DNA from: Psilocybe cubensis
Lineage: Eukaryota
Direction: 5' to 3'
DNA: 64,000 nt
Assembly (NCBI GenBank): GCA_017499595.2
Contig: CM038998.1
Location: forward strand, 3,844,001-3,908,000
In this document: piece after piece, positions 28,352-41,431 of the stretch
How the letters are laid out: the number at the start of each line of letters is the position of its first letter
Position numbering within the stretch: the stretch's first letter is position 1
Translations under genes and position numbers: made by a program
Notes under the pieces: generated by a model
The model's database searches: none
What the model was told of the DNA's origin: nothing
What the model saw: only the letters and a program-made list of their open reading frames with translations

Positions 28352-28929
28352 ATGAGCTATCTTGTTCAGATCTTCGTGCTCCTACTTTCAGTGTCTTCTG
28401 CCTTGTCGACTACAATTCCTGGTGTAGTAGGACCTGATGTCAGCCTCGCAAAGGATTCTGAGCAATACAAAGCTTGTAAAGCTGCCGATCCAAACTCAGT
28501 CGTATGTCCTCCCTTTTTAAACCCTGCTGATATGATATACTCATGGCGGATATTTGAAGTTTGCAGGCATTCGTTACGGCGATGGGCCACCTGAAATGGT
28601 ACAATATAACCAATGTGTTCCGTGGCGCAAAGACGGGAAAATCATCAGCAACGCCGTATATTGTCGACCTGCATCGTGCTATGTATATGCGTGCGTACAT
28701 ATTTGTCGCCTTTGGACCACGTCTATGATCTTGCTACAGGGACGAAGAGTGTACACAAGGACCTACTACACCAGGGCCCGTTGACGTTCCGGTGTCGCTC
28801 GATTTTTTGAATGCTGCCGATTTCGTAGAATTGATGGGCCAAAGTGCCTACTGCTCCCCAAACAGTCTCCCTCGCGTTGATTTTGAAAATGTCAGCCCTG
28901 GCCTTGTTTCCTTTGTTACGAACCTATAA
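28352..28929 (+). CDS. Small secreted cysteine-containing protein (3 exons, about 155 aa)
   Basis: Signal peptide MSYLVQIFVLLLSVSSALS; TATAAA near 28255; removing two GT-AG introns gives one open frame with 6 Cys ending VSFVTNL*. Confidence 0.7.
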
Positions 28930-30401
28930 TGCGACTGTGCTATCTGTTTATTACTATTTATTCATGCGCCATCGTTTATCATCGACTGTATTCTTTTCAT
29001 CCTCCAGTAAATTCACTTTGTATATGCGTCAATGCTATACAGGCTCCCCGCCCTCGGCTGCCCTGTTCCACTTCGGAACCGACCCGAGGGTCATTGTTCT
29101 TTGCACATCACCTTGTCCGCCGTCCCTCGATCACTCTACCCTCCTCTACCTTCTCTCTATCCACAACCCCTAATTCAGCAGCTTATGAACCCGCAGTCCC
29201 CTTCAACCATTTCATGCGTCAAGTAGCACACAAGCTGCTCAGTCACTAGCCCAATACCCACTCGCAATGTTCCTTGCCTGGAATTCACAGTTATGCGGCA
29301 TGCCCATCGTATACTTGCCTTCGTCGAATCGGAGACTATCAAAGAGTCACAGGAAGGCACTGTCTATACTTTAATCTGGCGCTCATAATCGGTTTAATGT
29401 GGTGCCTCAAGTTGCGCACCTGATAGTGCCGAGTTCGACCATGGTCCTCGCAGACGCGTGCGGCGTGCACCCTCTTCGGGCAGGCCTTTATCTAGCAATG
29501 AGGTCGACATGCTATGGGAGCGCGGGTCAAAAGGTTTAATGAATGCGACTTCCACCAGGTGAGACTACATTTCTTCTGTTTGAGATGTGCTGCACAGCTA
29601 TGTAATCGTCGTTGATGCGTCGTGCCGTCGACGTCGTCGCTATTGGTAGATATAGCATATATTTTAGTTCACCAACTCCAGATTCACATCTTCGTTAGGG
29701 ATCACGGTTAACATGGACATTCGTTTGTGTTGTGTTGTGTGCGAGTCAAGTACTAAGATAAGATGTTGGTATCGGGTCCGTCAAGTGGTAAAGTAGTATG
29801 CTTCATGGAGCCAGGTATCAACGTTCAACATGTACATGTGCAGCAACGAAATTGGCTGCACTGCTTGCTACTGCTTGCATATAGCGGAGAAAGAAGTAAA
29901 ATAGAATCAGTTTCGCGTTGGTGTTACAACAAAGAGGCAAAATAACCAGATAAAACTGCGTACAGGATACCTATGTTATTAAGAAGGAGTGACAGGATTG
30001 AGAGGGCTCACTTTGAGCTCCGAACATGGATTTCTCGGTCGGGAGTGGACACTGGTGACTGGAAGAAGTTGGCACGTGGTATCTTGGACGGCGGCGCTGC
30101 GTAGAGACAAGGCAGTCTCGTTCTATTCCGTATCATTCAAGTTAAACGACCGTACGACAATTTCTACGTATTGGCGGCCGCCGAAATCACAATCCGAATA
30201 AACATAAATTAAAGGCGATTGCACTGTCGGAACGCCAGCATGGAGATGTAGCTTTTATGCCGTGTGGACACGCTGTTTTTAGATTCAGCTCTCGTCCAAT
30301 ATCGTGGGATCCATCAGCCTTGACCATCTACCATACAGATCTCTACGTTCAGCGCAATGAAAAAATTCAACTTTTTACAACGAGGGCAGCGGAATCGCTC
30401 G

Positions 30402-33400
30402 ATGCCTCATCTCCCAACAACGGAGGACGACGCGGAAGAGGCGACTACGGTATGCTGCGGGTATATTATCTTGCATAATACACACGCGCATTCTAACCGG
30501 TATCGATAGCGTTCGCAAGTTGATCCCACTGTCTCCAGGTCCCGCCCGTCCTTCTTCAACCGGTTGAAGGGTGCTTTCAGATCGAGGTCTCCGAGTCGTG
30601 AGGCTGCCCCAGCTGCCGGTGTACTCTCCAGGTCCAGGAGAGAGGTCTTCCAGAGAGACGATCAGGTATGCTTTTAATTTGACCGCAAGTGTTCAATCCT
30701 GTCATGTTTTGATGATGTAGAGTGACGTTGGAGATATCAATTTGGGAAGGTCAAGAGCAAGCAGCGTTCAATCGCTTCCTCAGATCAGCGTCGAATCAGA
30801 ATCACCCTTGCATGGCAATGAGGTAGGCCAAACAATCTGTAGCTGACTTCGTTGACGGCTTAATTGGTTACTTGAAGAGGGTTCAATCTCGCTTGGAAAC
30901 AAGAGGACGTGGCAAGGCTGTTCAGGTGCGTACTGTTCAGGATATCCAGCTGCCACAGATAATCAAATTCCAGCAAAGAATGCCACGCCTGGTATATCAT
31001 CATCTGGGACAGTGCAATCTTCTGCTCAGAATGCGCAGGTCCGTTTGATTTTGGCCGTTTTTTCAGTGTAATTCATTCATCTTTTTGGCAACACAGCCCA
31101 GTCTGAAGACAAGTTCTCTGGACCCCGCAGTTGTGGAAGCAGCCCGCACAGCTGCATTGCAGACAGCCATTGAAATGAAAGGCGGCGCTGCACCAGTTTC
31201 TGGAATTACTCCAGGAATCAGTGGGATGGGCAGTTCAATCGACGTTGGCCATTTTATGTCATCTTTTCTCAGCACATTGTCCAAGTTCAATTCTGCCGTG
31301 GACAAAATCGCACAGGTATGGTATTGCTTTTTTAACAACTTTTCTTTTTTTTTAATAATATGTATTGCGGCTAGATTCATCCTTACGCGCAAGCTGCATG
31401 GACAATCCTTTCTTTCGCATCCAAGGTATGTTTTGCTCGTATAGTTATTCTCTAGACCCGGTTTTTAATCTATCATTAGGCAATTGTAAACCAGGATATC
31501 CGCGATGGCTCGATCCTTACATTATTGAAAAAGATGGATGCTGTGTACACTTTTCTCACTGCAGCGGATTTACGGGATATTGAATCAATGAAGGGCATCA
31601 TAGAGAAAATCTGTCACCAGACATTGGAGTGCTCCTACTTCATACGGGAATTTTCTCAGAATACAAAATTCCGTAAGTAATCCTTGTCGATGAAAGCACT
31701 TTTTCATTGAATCATCTCTGGCTCAAGGGATGAGGTTGCTCAAGAACTTGCTATCTGATACGGATGATCGCGTACAGGAGTTTAGCAATGTCTTTGACGA
31801 TCTTTTGCAGCAGTTTCGGGACAAGGCCGCCCGCAGCACGCTGATCGTGGTGCATCGTATCTGGGAAGACATCGCCGAGCTAGGTATGCTTGATTTGATG
31901 TTAATTCTGTGTGATGACTCTAAATCAAATCTCCAGCGCATGACTCCGACTTGCAGCACATGCCCTACGTTCAAGGTGCAGGCCTTAACCTTCAGAAAAT
32001 CTGCCTTGAGGGGACCCGGGAGCAAATTCTCAAGGATATCATTGATTGGGTCAATTTGAATGGCCAGGATGACACGTCTCGCATTTTCTGGCTCCACGGT
32101 AACGCCGGAACTGGTAAATCTTCAATCGCACATACCATCGCTAACTACTTTGAAAAACTGGGACGGCTCGGGTCCTGCTTTTGCTTTGATCGCAACAAGT
32201 TTGCGGAGGAACGGCATAACAAGATATTTACAGTAATTGCCCAGGATCTCGCACACACAGACAAGAATATACAGAAAGAGCTGGCGGGGATTGTGCACCT
32301 CAACAAGGCACTCAGCAATACAAGTGACATTATACAACAATGGAGAGAGCTTGTGGTGAAGCCTATTTGCAAACTGTCCGAATCGATGGTTGGGCCTATT
32401 GTAATCGTCATCGATGCGTTGGACGAGAGTGGGAACCCGGAATCACGCAAAAACCTGCTTCGTATTCTCGCTGGAAAGTTGAAAGCTGATAATGACAGTC
32501 ATGTCTCGAAGCTTCCGCCAAATGTTCGAATCATTCTTACCTCGCGAACATTATCTGACATATACAACACCTTGAACGACGTTGATCACGTCCATTCAGT
32601 TGCAATGGATTCCATCTCGACCACCTCGACCGCAAGTGATATTGCTTACTATATCTCTGAGGAGTTGGAGGATATCGAAATCAGAGGAAATGACGTGTCT
32701 CGGCTTTCCTCTGCTGCGGGTGAGTTGTTCGAGTGGGCTCGTCTGGCATGTGCATATGTCAGAGGAGACGATGATGCTGGAACGGATGCAAAGGAGCGCC
32801 TGGAACATCTTTTGGTACGCACTGAAGACGCGGGTGTGCTTCTTGACAAGATGTATCTGTTGGTCCTCGAGACACTTCTGCCCAAGGACCAGCCACTACG
32901 CCCTATGCGCCTTCAACGATTCCTTTCTGTGATATCCCAAATACTTGGGAGTGCGGAGCCGCTAACTATGGACACTTTGGCCTCTATGAGGCGCTACTTT
33001 CTTGATAATGGTCTTGGGATAGTTGATGTCCGCACAATCATCAAACCAATGGGTGCACTGCTTAGTGGGACTACCGATCCATGTGCTGTAATCCGTCCGC
33101 TCCATGCGTCGTTCCCGGAATTTTTGTTGGATGAAAAACGAAGCGGCGAATTCTTCATTGACATGTCCCGTATTCACGTTGACCTTGCAACTGCATCACT
33201 ATCAATCATGAAAGAGCAACTTCGATTCAACATATGCCAGCTGCCGAGTTCTTATTTGCCAAACTCTGAGGTTGAGGACCTTGATCAACGGATTAACGAT
33301 TGCATATCTCGTGAATTATCGTACTCTAGCCGGTTCTGGACAAACCACTTGCAACTCGCGGAATATCATGTCATTCTTGTAGATGCTATGCGAGAATTTT

Positions 33401-36033
33401 TCAATCATGAACGGTTACTCTTTTGGATTGAAATCTTGAGCTTACTCAAGTTGGTGAATACTTGTGCTCAAGCGATGTGGAGTGTTATTAAATGGGTAAG
33501 TGGTGGCAACTGTTTTCTAATTGTTCAAGCATGTGCTAATATACTACAGTCTTCCACAAATTGTGCGGATATTGCTGATTATGCATCAGATGTGCAAAAA
33601 TTTGTTCGGATGTTTGGTGGTGCGATTGCTCACAGTACCCCACATCTTTACCTGTCTGCACTCCCGTTCTCGCCTGAAAACTCGCATATTAATCAGGCAT
33701 TTGGGGACCGATTCTGCAAGATGCTTCGTATGGATTCTGGCAGGAGCATTGATTGGCCGGTTCTACAAGAGACTTTGAAAGGCCATGAGGGCAATATTAA
33801 TTGTGTTGCTTTTTCACCAGATGGGAAGCACATTGTTTCTGGCTCAAATAATAGAACTCTAAGACTATGGGATGCTGAGACTGGGGAGCAGATTGGGGCA
33901 CCTCTTGAGGGTCATGAGCATTGGGTGTGGTCTGTTGCCTTTTCACCAGATGGAAGGCATATTGTTTCTGGCTCATTAGACAAGACCCTAAGGCTATGGG
34001 ATGCTCAGACTAGAGAGCAGATTGGAGCACCTCTTGAAGGTCATCAAGATTGGGTATGGTCTGTTGCCTTTTCACCAGATGGGAAGCATATTGTTTCTGG
34101 TTCACGTGATAGCACACTAAGACTATGGAATGCTGAGACTAGAGAGCAGATTGGGGCACCTTTTGAGGGTCATCAGAGTTTTGTGCAGTCTGTTGCCTTT
34201 TCACCTAATGGAAGGCACATTATTTCTAGTTCAGATGACAAAACACTAAGACTTTGGGATGCTGAGACTGGAAAGCAAATTGGAGCACCTTTTGTGGGTC
34301 ATCAGGATTCTATGCAGTCTGTTGTCTTTTCACCTGATGGAAGATGCATTGTTTCTGGTTCATATGATCAGACACTCCAGATGTGGGATGCTAAATCTAG
34401 ACAACAGAGTATCCCTTTTAAGGGTCAACATGGTTTGGTGCAGTGTATTGCCTTTTCACCAGATGGAAGGCATATTGTCTCTAGTTTACATAACAAAACA
34501 CTAAGAATTTGGGATGCTAGGACGAGAAAGCAGATTGGGATACCTTTTGAGGGTCATCAAGATTGGGTGCGGGCAGTTGCCTTTTCACCAGATGGAAGGC
34601 GCATTGTTTCTGGGTCAGATGATAAAACACTGAAGTTATGGGATGCTAAGACTGAAGAACAGATTGGAATACCACTTGAGGGTAATCAGAATTTTCTACA
34701 GTCAATTTCCTTTCCATTATCTGGAAGGCCCATTATTTCTAGTTTACAGAATAAAACACTAAAGTCACCTGATGCTAAAATTAAAGAGCAGGTTAGAATA
34801 CCTATCAAGGGACATTTGGATAATATATTGTCTATTGCCTTTTCACCAAATGGCAGGCAGATTATTTCTGGTTCACAAGACAAAATATTAAGGTTGTAGA
34901 ATGCTGAGACTGGAGAGCAGATTGGGTCAGCTTTTGAGGGTCATCAAGATAATGTATGCTCTGTTGCTTTTTCACCAGATAGAAAGTGCATTGTTTCTGG
35001 CTCATCAGACAAGACAATAAGACTGTGGGATGCTGAAACTAGAGAGCAGATTGGAGCACCTCTTAAGGGTCATCAAGATTGGTTAGAATCAGTTGCTTTT
35101 TCACCAGATGGAAAATATATTATTTCTGGCTCATATGACAAAACATTGAGGCTTTGGGATGCTAAATCTGGAAAGCAAATTGGAGCACCTCTTGAGGGTC
35201 ATCAGGATTGGGTGAGAACAGTTGCCTTTTCACCAAATGGAAGGCACATTATTTCTGGTTCAAATGACAAAACACTAAGACTGTGGGATAGTGAGACTAG
35301 AAAGCAGATTGGAGCACCTTTTGAGGGTTATAAGCATAATATATGCTCTGTGGTCTTTTCACCAGATGGAAAACATATTGTTTCTAGCTCACAGGATACA
35401 ACACTAAGATTATGGGATGCTAAAACTAGAAAGCAGATTGGGGCATCTTTTAAAGGTCATAAAACAGTAGTACAATCTATTGCCTTTTCACCAGATGGAA
35501 AGTACATTGTTTCTGGTTCATGTGACCAAACACTAAGGCTGTGGAATGCTAAGACTGGAAAGCAGATTGGGGCACCTCTTGAGAGTCATCAAGGTTGGAT
35601 ATGGTCTGTTGCTTTTTCTCCAGATGGAAAATACTTTCTTTCTGGTTCTTCTGATACTATACTCCGGCTATGGGATGTTGATATTTCCATAAATCAAGGC
35701 AGTGCCATACATAATTCCATTCTTTTTTCATCACATCCACAATTTTCTCTTTCTAATATTGATATCAATCAGAATGTAAACATTTTACTTAATAGTCAGA
35801 TTTTGTACAATCCTTTATTGTCTACAAGTTCAAGTCATCCTTGGAATGGGAATGGATGGGCAGTTGTTAAATCTGCTAGTTCCAGTGGCAGGCTTTTATT
35901 CTTTGTTCCATCCATTTATACACTATATCAATATTGGCCACCCTCTCTTGCACTTATTATGCCTCCTCCTCCTCAATTAGATCTTAGTAAAATGGTCCAC
36001 GGAGAATTATGGACATCTATATACCCTAATTAA
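30402..36033 (+). pseudogene. NACHT-WD40 fungal NLR (HET-E/NWD-like), interrupted by TAG at 34897-34899
   Basis: Multi-exon N-terminus (AVDKIAQ|IHPYAQAAW), CLEGTR, Walker A GNAGTGKS, Walker B IVIDALDE, LHASF, STPHLYLSAL, 15 WD40 repeats continuing in frame past one stop. The 5' start is tentative. Confidence 0.85.
33775..35680 (+). repeat. 15 tandem WD40-coding repeats of about 129 nt
   Basis: Recurrent GGTCATCA...GTTGCCTTTTCACCAGATGG...ATTGTTTCTGG...TGGGATGCT...CAGATTGG units. Confidence 0.95.
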
Positions 36034-38136
36034 AGTACCTAGTTTACTCTCTAAAATTCATTCTTTTTAGTAATTTGAAAAAATACATTCTTCAATTTTT
36101 TATGCTTTGGACTACAAGATGTAATACTTGAGTGTATGATTGATTTCTAACACCCTCGGTTCAACAAACAGCAATGGAAGTCGACCGTGTAGTTTTTTAG
36201 TCCCAGTCCGATTCATTTCAACGAGGCGCGCCATCAAACACGCTCATTAATACCTGCTTTTAGCCGAGTCTGAATGCCCTTCTGCATTCCCAAGGACCCT
36301 GATCCACCTTGGGACTATGCCAACCAGTACTTGGAACGAACGCGAGGAGCCGGATTACTACCTCGGAACTAGCGACCCCATCTGAGATCTTTAGGCTGCT
36401 TTCAAACTCGACAATTCCAGAGGCTTTCCACGAGGACGATGTGTCTGTTCGTTGTCCACAAAGCCGGGACATGTCGAATCTGAGCACGGTGAGACTTTGA
36501 TTTCTCTTTCTACGACCATGCGCCAGCGCCCACAGGCTCCTGTACATGCGCGTATTCGGCCAACGGACAGGATCGCGCTTCTAGGAAAAACTTGACCAGG
36601 AGGAAGAGCAGTCTGTTTGTTGTGGCGCAGCGTTTCACAGCTCAAACATTAATACATCCCGTTCGCGTAACCAAGGAGCCGAAGCTGAAGACGTCTCGTC
36701 TCGCTCGGCAGTTCATGGGTAGAAGATGTTTAGTCTGAGCCGGAATCATGTATAAGGATCACAAAGTTGTAGAAGAAAACATTCTGTGACAGTACCCGCG
36801 CATTCTAGAGACATGGATAAATGTCATTAATGAGTATTCGCAGTGTGGACACATGCAAATAAACAAACATACGACAAAAATGCCTCGAGCTCAAGTTGGC
36901 AATGGTTTTGTTACAATCGTCAAACTGAGAAAAGAACGCAAACGTAGCCTCTTTAGCTCAGGGATACCCCTTGGGAGCACTGCAGCAAACTCCCGAAACC
37001 TGCCCCCAGCGCCATATCACAGATGCTTTTGAGCGCAATATGGCTTCAGTCAAAATCTTGCCATCATACCCCGCAAAAACGAGCATATCTTGCGCGCGGC
37101 CTATCTTGATTAGATTGACCAGAATGCGAGAGACCTATTTGTCCTAAAAAAATCACCGTCATGCAAGGAGTACAGTCGGGAGTGCAGTATGCATACTTAA
37201 GGCAGCCTACACACCACTGGAACTGCCCAACGGAGGTTTAAACGGGTTGGTATAGTTGGGCGTGGCACGCTTTTTCTGGTGGCGGATCCGGTGATGATGC
37301 CCATGGCGGCAGACGAGTACTTGTTTCCCGTAAATCAACACGGAACAGACTTTCGTCGAGTTGATGGACCAGAGGGCGGACGGACAGGTTAGGGTGCTGC
37401 GCGCGCTTCATCTTGTGGTTGTGGAAGAGTCAGCTGTAGCGGGGATTCACGGGCGAGGTAGTCGTGCGACGTGTATCTGGGGTTTGTTACGAGGTTATAC
37501 GACAAGGTGTGTTGAAAGACTGGCAGAGAGAGATGGTTAGAAAGGACATTACTCCAAATAATTGAGTCGATCCATCTATAATTCTGTCAGCAAGGCTTGA
37601 GCAAGGCGTAGAATTGCATGATCCGGAAGTGTCTACTCTTGAATTTGTTTATGTTTTGCGAGGTCAGAGAGAAATTTTGAGAGCGAAGGAATGGCATGAA
37701 AATCGAGAAAGAGCATTGAGATTTGAAAATTTGAGAGGGCAAGTGTAAGGACGTTTAAAATTGTGATTATGTAACATGCCTCTCCGCTCAATCCTAGTCC
37801 AGGCACTCGACTCGCCCTTGAACTTTGCTGGAACTTATTTCTGCTATCTCCCTGACGGACTTCAACGTTCTTACTATGGCTATGCAATGCAGAAGAGCAA
37901 GAAGGCACAAAGTTCTCATGCTTGACAACGTGCATCTCGCTTATAGCTTCGTGCCAATGATATGCCTGCCAGATGCAGTGCTTTGCTTTGACACAATTTC
38001 AGGTATTCTTTGAGTTGTATAAAAAACTAACCATACTAACTTAAACTCGGTAAGGATACGATCCAAGATAGCCAGACTAGCGACTCCCGTTTACAACCTC
38101 TAGAACGCCCATTCATCGATATCAACTATCATAATT

Positions 38137-39714
38137 ATGCCGATCCTCGAAAACCATCTCGGGGGCAACTTTAACCTCGATTCCTCTGGAATAGCCGGCT
38201 TCTTTGGTGGGGAGGAGGCCTTTGCGGCCATGTCCAGTGTGCATCTTGTCCGCGCACGGCGATGGCTAGGTTGGTACAACTCCCCTGGTTCATACTTCGT
38301 GGCGAAGAAGTACGGCGTGCTGCCCAACTCGCTGTTTTGGGACAGCGTATTCCCCGGCCCATCTGTAGATCCAACGGAGCTACTAGAGCTGGACTATAAA
38401 CCCGGATTTAGGTTCTCTGGAGCGTACAATGGGACACAGTTTACGTCGACGGGTCATCTTTCGTATTTGCTGTCAAGATTCTGCACTGCACTCCCGGGTG
38501 CACCAGCGCTATGGGATTCTATGGTTGTTGGAGATAAAAAAACGGCATCGACTCGCCCACACGATGCTATCAATCAGTACACACGTGTTCGCAATATCAC
38601 TGTCACAGTGGTCAAGTTCGATGAGCGACAATTCACCAAATGGGAGCGATACCCCAAAGTCCCGGAACGATTCTTCACCCCGATCAACAGACTAGGCACC
38701 CTCTTCGTTGTACTCACGATTCTTTTCTCCCTTGCAGCAAGTGTCCTCTCGGCCTTGTATGACGACTGGTTCTCGTTTGCTATGATTCTATTTGGTTCTC
38801 TTTCAAACGGTATCACCTCCTGGGTACTGGGAACAGGCGACCTCGTTCTTGAGCTCTCCGAGCCATCTCCTGGTGCAACTCCCGGTGATGGAATCCTCTT
38901 CGACAGACAGAATATTATCATCTTGCAAGGTTCCGAACACGTCATCGATTCACTTCTTCAAGGTCGCTTTCGGCTGCGCTACCCATCCGACCCCTCGCAC
39001 CGCTGGATCGGACTCTGTTCCCTCAGCCTTCTGGCCCAATTTCTCCTGCAGCTCTTCCTCATCCCCCAGGGCACACTGACAGGCCAGGTCTTCTTCATTG
39101 CGTCGCTTGCCATGTCTTGGATGTGCAACAGCTACCTCGCGAGTTTCAACAGAGAAAAGATGCAGACAGACCTTCTGTTCAAGCTTGTCGGTGCACCGCG
39201 GATACACAAGTTTGACGTCGCGAAATGGAGCGTCGCGGCAGCGTTTGCGATGTTCTACTTCAACCCTGGGCTAAAAGCACCAGAGGGCATTCTCGACGAG
39301 CTTATGCCGAACAACACACCTGCGTGGAATGTATGGAAGCACTGTATCTGCGCTGCGATTATGCATGGGCGGAAGCCGAGCGATTTTATCTTTCCTGATG
39401 AGCAGACTGCCGAACATCTCGATACTTTGGAGAAGGATGAGCTGAAGAACTTGAACGATCAGGGTGAGAAGTATACACACGCAAAGATCATGAAGGCGTT
39501 TGAGGATCTGGCTCTCGAAAACGATAGGAATTTTTTGAGGGAGTTTCTGCGCAAGGCGGATGCGGCCTTTGAGAGTGTGTCTACGTTCGACGAGAAGGTG
39601 GAGTTTGTGCATGCTGGTGCCCAGGGTGGGGATCCCCTTCTCTTACGTCAAGATGTACAGGGGCGATCAGGCTCCTTATTGTTAATGCAAAAGTCACCGA
39701 TACTCCCCCAGTAG
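38137..39714 (+). CDS. Intronless multi-pass membrane hypothetical protein (525 aa)
   Basis: Single long ORF with LDSSGIAGFFGGEEA N-terminus and about four hydrophobic segments. Confidence 0.8.
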   Translation: MPILENHLGGNFNLDSSGIAGFFGGEEAFAAMSSVHLVRARRWLGWYNSPGSYFVAKKYGVLPNSLFWDSVFPGPSVDPTELLELDYKPGFRFSGAYNGTQFTSTGHLSYLLSRFCTALPGAPALWDSMVVGDKKTASTRPHDAINQYTRVRNITVTVVKFDERQFTKWERYPKVPERFFTPINRLGTLFVVLTILFSLAASVLSALYDDWFSFAMILFGSLSNGITSWVLGTGDLVLELSEPSPGATPGDGILFDRQNIIILQGSEHVIDSLLQGRFRLRYPSDPSHRWIGLCSLSLLAQFLLQLFLIPQGTLTGQVFFIASLAMSWMCNSYLASFNREKMQTDLLFKLVGAPRIHKFDVAKWSVAAAFAMFYFNPGLKAPEGILDELMPNNTPAWNVWKHCICAAIMHGRKPSDFIFPDEQTAEHLDTLEKDELKNLNDQGEKYTHAKIMKAFEDLALENDRNFLREFLRKADAAFESVSTFDEKVEFVHAGAQGGDPLLLRQDVQGRSGSLLLMQKSPILPQ

Positions 39715-40160
39715 TCTGTTATGACTGGGACTGCTTGTGTTATATTCATGTTCTGTGCTCCACTCGCTTGCTAAACGTACCTTCCACCACATCATGACCA
39801 ATCCTCAGAATTGCGATGGTAAATTTGTTGCTTAACATACGATGAACGGTGTGCGGACATAGCCGAATTTTACAGCACGTTGACAATCTGACATGATAGC
39901 TTTAGGGGCGTATCTTATCAACGTCTTTCAACTGCACTCATGGACATCATTTCGGTCTCATGATTATGGAAGCGCTCTCCGATAGCCTCATGGGAAACTA
40001 CATGCAATTTTCGACGTTCGGAAAGAAAACCCGGCTTCAGTGATGGTGGGGAAACCTGTTTTTCAAAATAGCAAAATAGAAGAGGGCTTGATGCAGAGAT
40101 TATAAATACTGGAGACTATAGCAAGCGGACGGACTTGGGGTGGTATCCGTATCTCGCACA

Positions 40161-41431
40161 ATGTCTTCCCAGATTTCTCTCACCAACTTCCCTCCTCGCG
40201 ATTTTGCCGGTTATGGACGGTATCCTCCCAACCCTAATTGGCCAAACGGTGCCAAAATCGCAGTAAACTTTGTCATAAACTACGAAGAAGGGGGAGAGAA
40301 CTCGCTTGACAATGGAGATGCTCAGGCGGAGAGCAACCTACAAGAAACCGGGCCCGTGAGTCCATTTATTGACGTTTTTTCATACCCAAGAAGTCCTTAT
40401 CACCGTTTGAAATTTGACCTTAGAAACCTCCATTAGTGGGCGAACGAGATATTCCTATGGAGACTCAGTTTGAGTACGGATCTCGTCGAGGAATGTGGCG
40501 GCTTCTCAATCTGTTCGAGAAGCATAATATGCAGATTACAATATATGCTGTGGGAAAGGCCTATGAAGCACAACCGTATGTCATCCCCACCAAAGCTTGA
40601 AGCCTACCGGTTCATGTTTGTTTTCTCCCGTTTTATTCTAGTGAGATAGCTCGAGCATGCGAACAACGAGGCCACGAAACAGCATCGCACTGTTACCGGT
40701 GGATTAATTATACGCACATGGACCCAGAATCGGAGGAAAAATTGATTCGAAAAGCAATCGATTCTTTCCGCAACACAAGCCCGTCCGGCAAAGTCCCTGT
40801 TGGCTGGTATTACGGTCGCCCATCTCCTCGTAGCCGTGCGTTGGTGTCCAAAGTCTACCGCGAGCTTGGCTTGGAACTGCTTTATAACTCAGACACTTGT
40901 ATGATGGATGCCTTCGTGCGCACTATTTGATTGTATTAATTATTGTTCTTCAGATGCGGACGACCTGCCTTACTGGATTCCAGATCCTATCGCTGGGCCC
41001 GACGAAGGACTTCTTCTTGTTCCTTACACCTATGACGCGAACGACTTCAAATTTTATATCGCGCCTGGCTTTGCTTCGTCTATGGCGTATTATGAACACG
41101 TCAAAAATTCTTTCGGTACTCCAATCTCTATTCACAGCTTGTGGTTTTACTGATACCTGATGATCATCTAAAAAGATACACTGTACGAAGAAGGTCAAAA
41201 TGGACACCCCGCCTTCATGACTGTAGCTTTGCACGCCCGGATGCTCGGTCGACCTGGACGTTTCCCGGCAATAAAGAAGGTGGGTAGGCTTCTACCTTGT
41301 CTAAATGGTACACTTTGCCTGATCATGGTGATCAGTTTGTAGAATATATAGCGGATAAGCAGGATGTTTGGGTGGCGACCAGGGAGCAGATCGCACGACA
41401 CTGGATTGCACAGTATCCATACAGAAAATAG
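40161..41431 (+). CDS. Polysaccharide deacetylase (CE4) family, PuuE-like allantoinase/urate catabolism protein
   Basis: RDFAGYG..P..WPNGAKIAVNFVINYEEGGE, FEYGSRRGMWRLL, HETASHCYRW, GWYYGRPS, DDLPYW, PYTYDANDFKF, ALHARMLGRPGRF, VWVATREQIARHW; TATAAA near 40101. Confidence 0.85.

Noticed and set aside
33496-33549. Apparent 18-aa insertion in the NLR ORF (VSGGNCF...NILQ)
   Set aside because: It is a 54-nt in-frame GTAAGT...CTAAT...CAG intron read through by the ORF track.
33775-35680. CRISPR-like periodicity
   Set aside because: Units are in-frame WD40 coding repeats in a eukaryotic gene, not repeat-spacer arrays.
37387-37395. GGTTAGGGT telomere-like 9-mer (another, AGGTTAGGG, near 53792)
   Set aside because: Isolated matches without dense surrounding structure; they show that such motifs occur by chance.
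36260-37420. Short minus-strand ORFs and intron-like signals
   Set aside because: Could not assemble a consistent spliced frame or recognise a family; possibly a decayed gene.
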